Shown: positions 60,051 to 64,000 of the stretch, one piece after another
How the letters are laid out: each line of letters opens with the position of its first letter
Numbering within the stretch: position 1 is the stretch's first letter
NCBI GenBank assembly: GCA_016218805.1
Contig: JACRCW010000026.1
Location: 1-64,000, forward strand
Length of the DNA stretch: 64,000 nt
Source of the DNA: Deltaproteobacteria bacterium
GTDB taxonomy: Bacteria; Myxococcota; JACRCW01
Direction: 5' to 3'
Notes under the pieces: generated by a model
What the model was told of the DNA's origin: nothing
Databases searched by the model: none
The model's input: only the letters and a program-made list of their open reading frames with translations
Made by a program: the position numbers and the translations under genes

Positions 60051-60297
60051 GAAGGAAACACGCGGGCAGCGCCCTCCGCCACACCCAGCGGTGGGAACAA
60101 CCTGGCCGCCCATGCGGCACCGGCGCCTTGGCAGCAGCGGCGCAGACGGAGACCGGTGAGGTGGTGGGCACCAGCCAGGTGCTGGAAGCCCGCTCAAAAG
60201 GTCACTTTTCTCCGAGGAGCGGCACTGAGTCCCCGTTTCGCGCGCCGCGCCAGGGACGCAGTCTGGTCCGCGGCCACCAGCGTTTGTGTCTGGGCGG

Positions 60298-60981
60298 TCA
60301 GCCACCCAACAGCTTGACGAAGTACTCTTCCGCCGCCTGGTTGTTCCAATCCCGCGGCCCGATGAACTTGGCGATGACCCGTCCGTCCGGGGAGACCACG
60401 TAGGACTCCGGGAGCTTCTCCGTGCCGTACCCGCGCGACGTGCGGCGGCTGGGGTCCCACAGCACCTTGAAGCTGGGCTTCTCCGCGCCAAAGAAGCGCG
60501 TGACCTCGTTCCAGTCTTCATCCACGGAGACCGCCAGCACCGTCATCCGGTCCCCGAATTTGCGCGTAAGGAACTCCATGGACGGCATCTCTTCGCGGCA
60601 GGGCGGACACCAGGTGGCCCAGAAGTTCACCAGCACCCACTTGCCCCGGTAGTCCGCCAGCGACACGTTGCGCGTGCCCGCCGGCCCCTCCGGCAAGGAG
60701 AACGGCAGCGCGGTTCCCTCGCCGGGGACCGGGTCCATGACGGTGTCCACGAGGATCTCCTCGTAGCGCTGCCGCTCGTTGACCTTGTGCGCCACCAGCC
60801 CCACCACCATGGCCACCGTGCACCAGGCGAACAGCATCTTCATCCAGCCCGGCACCACCCACGCCCGGCTGGAACCCATCAACTGCGTGGTGGCCGGCGC
60901 CCAGGGCACCGGCTTCTGCCCCGGGTCGGCGGTGTCGTTGCCCGGTGGGTTTGCCGCTGCCGTGACTTCGTTGCTGCCCAT
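60298..60981 (-). CDS. TlpA/ResA-family thiol-disulfide oxidoreductase
   Basis: TM anchor, GKWVLVNFWATWCPPCREEMP, LPESY, GPRDW. Confidence 0.92.
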   Translation of the reverse strand: MGSNEVTAAANPPGNDTADPGQKPVPWAPATTQLMGSSRAWVVPGWMKMLFAWCTVAMVVGLVAHKVNERQRYEEILVDTVMDPVPGEGTALPFSLPEGPAGTRNVSLADYRGKWVLVNFWATWCPPCREEMPSMEFLTRKFGDRMTVLAVSVDEDWNEVTRFFGAEKPSFKVLWDPSRRTSRGYGTEKLPESYVVSPDGRVIAKFIGPRDWNNQAAEEYFVKLLGG

Positions 60982-61085
60982 GACACCTGCCCGCAGAGTC
61001 GGAGACGTGGCGTCTTACTGTGGCCTGCCCCACCCAACAAGCCCGCGCTTGGTCCGCCACGCTGTCCTGCTAGAATGCGCGCCGA

Positions 61086-62375
61086 ATGGTGATCCGCGCT
61101 CCTGGACAGAACCCCGTGGTCCGCCCCGGCGCAAACCCGGCCGGCACCGCCCAGGCGCCCGCTCAGCCCACCGCCGCGGACGCACTGGTGCGCCTGGGCC
61201 TGTTCCAGGGCGGCATGGACCCGGGCGCGGCCATGGCCAAGCTGCTCAGCTTCTTTGTCATGCAGGGGTTTGCGCCCAAGCTGGACGGGGCCAAGGCCGG
61301 CGGACAACCGCTGGATGACGCCGCCAAGCTGGCGGACCTGCTCAAGCAGCTGCAGGGCAAGGAGGGACTGCCGCAGACCGGCAAGCTGGATGAAAAGACG
61401 CTCAAGGCGCTGGAGAAGTACAAGCCCGCCACCTCCCCTGGCGAGCGCGCCACCGAACGCCAGGCCGCCACCCCGGAGCGCCAGCAGTCCGCGCGCATGG
61501 CGACGTCATTCCGGGATCAGAGCCTGGCCGCGTGGATCAAGAACAAGGCCAGTGAACTGCAGAAGCCCGCCCAGCAGGCCCCGCAGGCGCCCAGTTCCTC
61601 CAGCACCACGCAGCAGTCCTCCCAGGCCGCGCAACCGCCGCGGCCTGACGTGGCCTCCCACGCGCAGCCGGTGAATCAGGCGCCGCAGGCGGCCCAGGCG
61701 CAGGAGACCAAGAACACGCCGGCGCCCATCATGGAGCAGTCCGCACCGGGTGACCCCAAGGCCAGCCGCGAGAGCGGCGCCACCAAGGCGGAGCAGGGAC
61801 ACGGCCAGGGACAGCAGGGCAGCGGCGAAGAGGCCGGCCGCGCAGGCAAAGCCGGCAAGGGCACCGGCAAGGCGGAGGACACGCCCGGGGGACGCGCCGG
61901 TGACGACGACGGCCTGGCGCGCGGGGAGGCCGACCAGCTCACCGCGTTTGAGGACGGCCGCGGCAACCAGGCCACCGGCGACGAGGACGAGGAGGACGAG
62001 CGCCGCGGCGCCGCCCTCACCGACGACGGCAGCGGCGCGGATGAGGGCGCCTATGAGATTCCTAGCGTGGCCGAACAACTGCGGCAGGCGCTGGCCGCCC
62101 TGCAGATGGAGGAACAGACGGCGGGCAATGCCAACCGCGCCACGACGTACCGGGGTGATTTTGTGTTCTACAAGCCCGGCGTGTACCAGAGCCGCACCCA
62201 GGCCCCGATGATCCTCAACCTCAAGGTGGTGAAGGCCACCGCGTATGACCAGGTGTGGACGCAGGTGCTGCAGCAAATCAATGCGCGCCTGCGCGTGTTT
62301 GAACCGGACGCGCCCGCGCTGCTGGCTGAACACATCGGCACGGCGCTGCAGCTGGCGCGCGCCCGCGCAACGTGA
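61086..62375 (+). CDS. Hypothetical protein with PGBD-like helical domain and long disordered linker
   Basis: LKQLQGKEGLPQTGKLDEKTLKAL resembles peptidoglycan-binding domain 1; Q/A/G/D-rich middle region. Confidence 0.65.
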   Translation: MVIRAPGQNPVVRPGANPAGTAQAPAQPTAADALVRLGLFQGGMDPGAAMAKLLSFFVMQGFAPKLDGAKAGGQPLDDAAKLADLLKQLQGKEGLPQTGKLDEKTLKALEKYKPATSPGERATERQAATPERQQSARMATSFRDQSLAAWIKNKASELQKPAQQAPQAPSSSSTTQQSSQAAQPPRPDVASHAQPVNQAPQAAQAQETKNTPAPIMEQSAPGDPKASRESGATKAEQGHGQGQQGSGEEAGRAGKAGKGTGKAEDTPGGRAGDDDGLARGEADQLTAFEDGRGNQATGDEDEEDERRGAALTDDGSGADEGAYEIPSVAEQLRQALAALQMEEQTAGNANRATTYRGDFVFYKPGVYQSRTQAPMILNLKVVKATAYDQVWTQVLQQINARLRVFEPDAPALLAEHIGTALQLARARAT

Positions 62376-62402
62376 GCGGCACCATGCCGTCGTCCGCCGG
62401 CG

Positions 62403-63776
62403 CTACTCTCGGTCGAATTGGATCCCCAGCTTGCCGAGCTTTTCGTACAGCGTGGTGCGGTGGATGCCGGCCAGTTGCGCCGCCTTCTGCACGCTGCCGC
62501 CGGTCTGCCCCAGCAGCCGCGTGAAGTAGCTGCGCTCAAACTCGTCGCGCACGTGGCGGTAATTCCCAGACGCCACCTCCAGCGCGGGACCCGCCACCGC
62601 GTGCTCGCCCAGCTCGGACGGCAGGTCCTCCGGCCGGATCATGGGCGTGGCGCACACCAGGCTGGCGCGTTCCACCACGTGCTCCAGCTCGCGCACGTTG
62701 CCGGGCCAGCGGTACTCCATCAGGCACCGCATGGCTTCCGGTCCCACCTGCGGCGGCTCCCGCCCCAGGCGTTTCTGCAACTGCGCCAGGAAGTGCTGCA
62801 CCAGCAGCGGCACGTCCTGCGGCCGGTCCCGCAGCGGCGGCAGCACCACGCGCACCGCGTTGATCCGGTAGTAAAGGTCCTGCCGGAACTTCCCCTCGCG
62901 CACCAGCTTCTCCAGGTCCTGATTGGTGGCGCACACCAGCCGCACGTCGGTATGCGCCAGCCGGCGGCTGCCCACCGCGTAGTACTCACCGTTCTGCAGC
63001 ACGCGCAGCAGCTTGGGTTGCAGCGCCAGGGACAGGTCACCAATCTCGTCAAGAAAGAACGTGCCGCCGTTGGCCTCCGCGCAGAAACCGTCACGCGAGC
63101 TGACCGCGCCGGAGAATGCGCCCTTTTCGTGACCAAACAGCTCGCTTTCCATCAGGTGCTCCGGGATGGCGGAGCAGTTGAGTGACACAAACGTCTTCTG
63201 CGCGCGGTTGCTGAGGTGGTGGATGTACTTGGCGAACAGGTCCTTGCCCGTGCCGGACTCCCCCTGGATGAGGATGGAGATGTCCGTGGTCGCCACGCGC
63301 GCGATGAGGTCCATCACCTGGGTCATGGCGCGTGAGCGGCAGATGATGTTGTCACGCGAGAACTTGTCGGCGACCTCCTGGCGCAGGCGGCGGTTCTCGG
63401 CGACGAGCTCGCGGTGCGCCACGGCGCGCTCGATGACCAGTTCCAGCTCGGACATCTCAAACGGCTTGCGCACGTAATCAAACGCACCGTTTTTCATGGC
63501 CTGCACGGCGGTCTCAATGGTGGCAAACGCGGTGACAATGATGACGGGCGCGTCCGGGTCAATGCGGCGGAACCGCTCCATGCCCTGCAGGCCGTCCACC
63601 TTGGGCATGGCCAGGTCCGTGACCACCACGTCCGGGCGGAAGGCGCGCATGGTTTCCTCGGCCTCCTCCACGGCGGCCGCGGTCCGCACCTCATAGCGCG
63701 CCGGGTCCAGCCAGCGCGCCAGCATCTCGCGGGCGCTCTTCTCGTCATCCACGACGAGGATCCTGGCCGTCTTCAT
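62403..63776 (-). CDS. Sigma-54-dependent NtrC/AtoC-family response regulator
   Basis: REC domain (VVDDE, TDLAMP, KPF), [34 protein letters not shown]. Confidence 0.95.
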   Translation of the reverse strand: MKTARILVVDDEKSAREMLARWLDPARYEVRTAAAVEEAEETMRAFRPDVVVTDLAMPKVDGLQGMERFRRIDPDAPVIIVTAFATIETAVQAMKNGAFDYVRKPFEMSELELVIERAVAHRELVAENRRLRQEVADKFSRDNIICRSRAMTQVMDLIARVATTDISILIQGESGTGKDLFAKYIHHLSNRAQKTFVSLNCSAIPEHLMESELFGHEKGAFSGAVSSRDGFCAEANGGTFFLDEIGDLSLALQPKLLRVLQNGEYYAVGSRRLAHTDVRLVCATNQDLEKLVREGKFRQDLYYRINAVRVVLPPLRDRPQDVPLLVQHFLAQLQKRLGREPPQVGPEAMRCLMEYRWPGNVRELEHVVERASLVCATPMIRPEDLPSELGEHAVAGPALEVASGNYRHVRDEFERSYFTRLLGQTGGSVQKAAQLAGIHRTTLYEKLGKLGIQFDRE

Positions 63777-64000
63777 GTTGCCTCCGGTTCCCTGCCGTTG
63801 ACCGGCAGCATGATGCTGAAGGTGGCGCCGTGCCCGGGTGCGGACTGCACGCGGATGCGCCCGCGGTGCCGCTCCACCACCTGGTGCGCAATGGACAGGC
63901 CCAGGCCCGTGCCCGTGGCCACCTTGGTGGTGAAAAACGGGTCAAAGATCTTCTCCAGGTGCGCGGCGTCAATCCCGCTGCCGTTGTCCTGGAACTCCAG
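63773..64000 (-). CDS. Sensor histidine kinase, C-terminal HATPase part (partial)
   Basis: Manual translation DNGSGIDAAHLEKIFDPFFTTKVATGTGLGLSIAHQVVERHRG; ATGA overlap with the regulator. Confidence 0.9.
   Translation of the reverse strand: MEFQDNGSGIDAAHLEKIFDPFFTTKVATGTGLGLSIAHQVVERHRGRIRVQSAPGHGATFSIMLPVNGREPEAT

Noticed and set aside
62403..63776. GAFSGA instead of GAFTGA as a sign of an inactive activator
   Set aside because: GAFSGA is a commonly seen variant, and one substitution is insufficient evidence.

Overview
This is a high-GC chromosomal window, very likely from a Myxococcota/deltaproteobacterial genome (split atp operon, AgmX/GltJ-like and CglB-like proteins, TIGR04552-like protein, PEGA proteins). 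Housekeeping content includes the atpF'-F-H-A-G-D-C operon with two unannotated small ORFs inside it, ssb, xerC, ahcY, dprA-topA-trmFO, a DciA/DUF721 protein, a pgi homolog and a TlpA-family protein. The standout is a ~11.5 kb module (32.07-43.57 kb) that looks like a self-contained, metal-sensing sigma-54 regulon. Two divergent -24/-12 promoters sit symmetrically around a palindromic operator. One drives an operon of cupredoxin, Cyc2-like monoheme cytochrome-porin, His-tailed lipoprotein, Rieske protein, split cytochrome b and an octaheme cytochrome c. The other drives a PEGA protein, a YtkA-like lipoprotein, a His-rich sensor kinase and an NtrC-family activator. A third sigma-54-like promoter carrying the same 15-bp upstream motif precedes an unannotated 34-aa peptide ending CCKISCCK. 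Other observations include a pgi whose catalytic Glu is replaced by Gln, an RSH-like nucleotidyltransferase signature in the TIGR04552-like protein, an NPF/DPF-repeat protein, a dispersed GTGTCTC-N7-GAGAC palindrome, a REPIN-like element with phased GCGGAA repeats, and context-dependent TCG/CGA avoidance. All family calls come from motif recognition by eye; no searches were run. No rRNA, tRNA, CRISPR array or transposase was seen.
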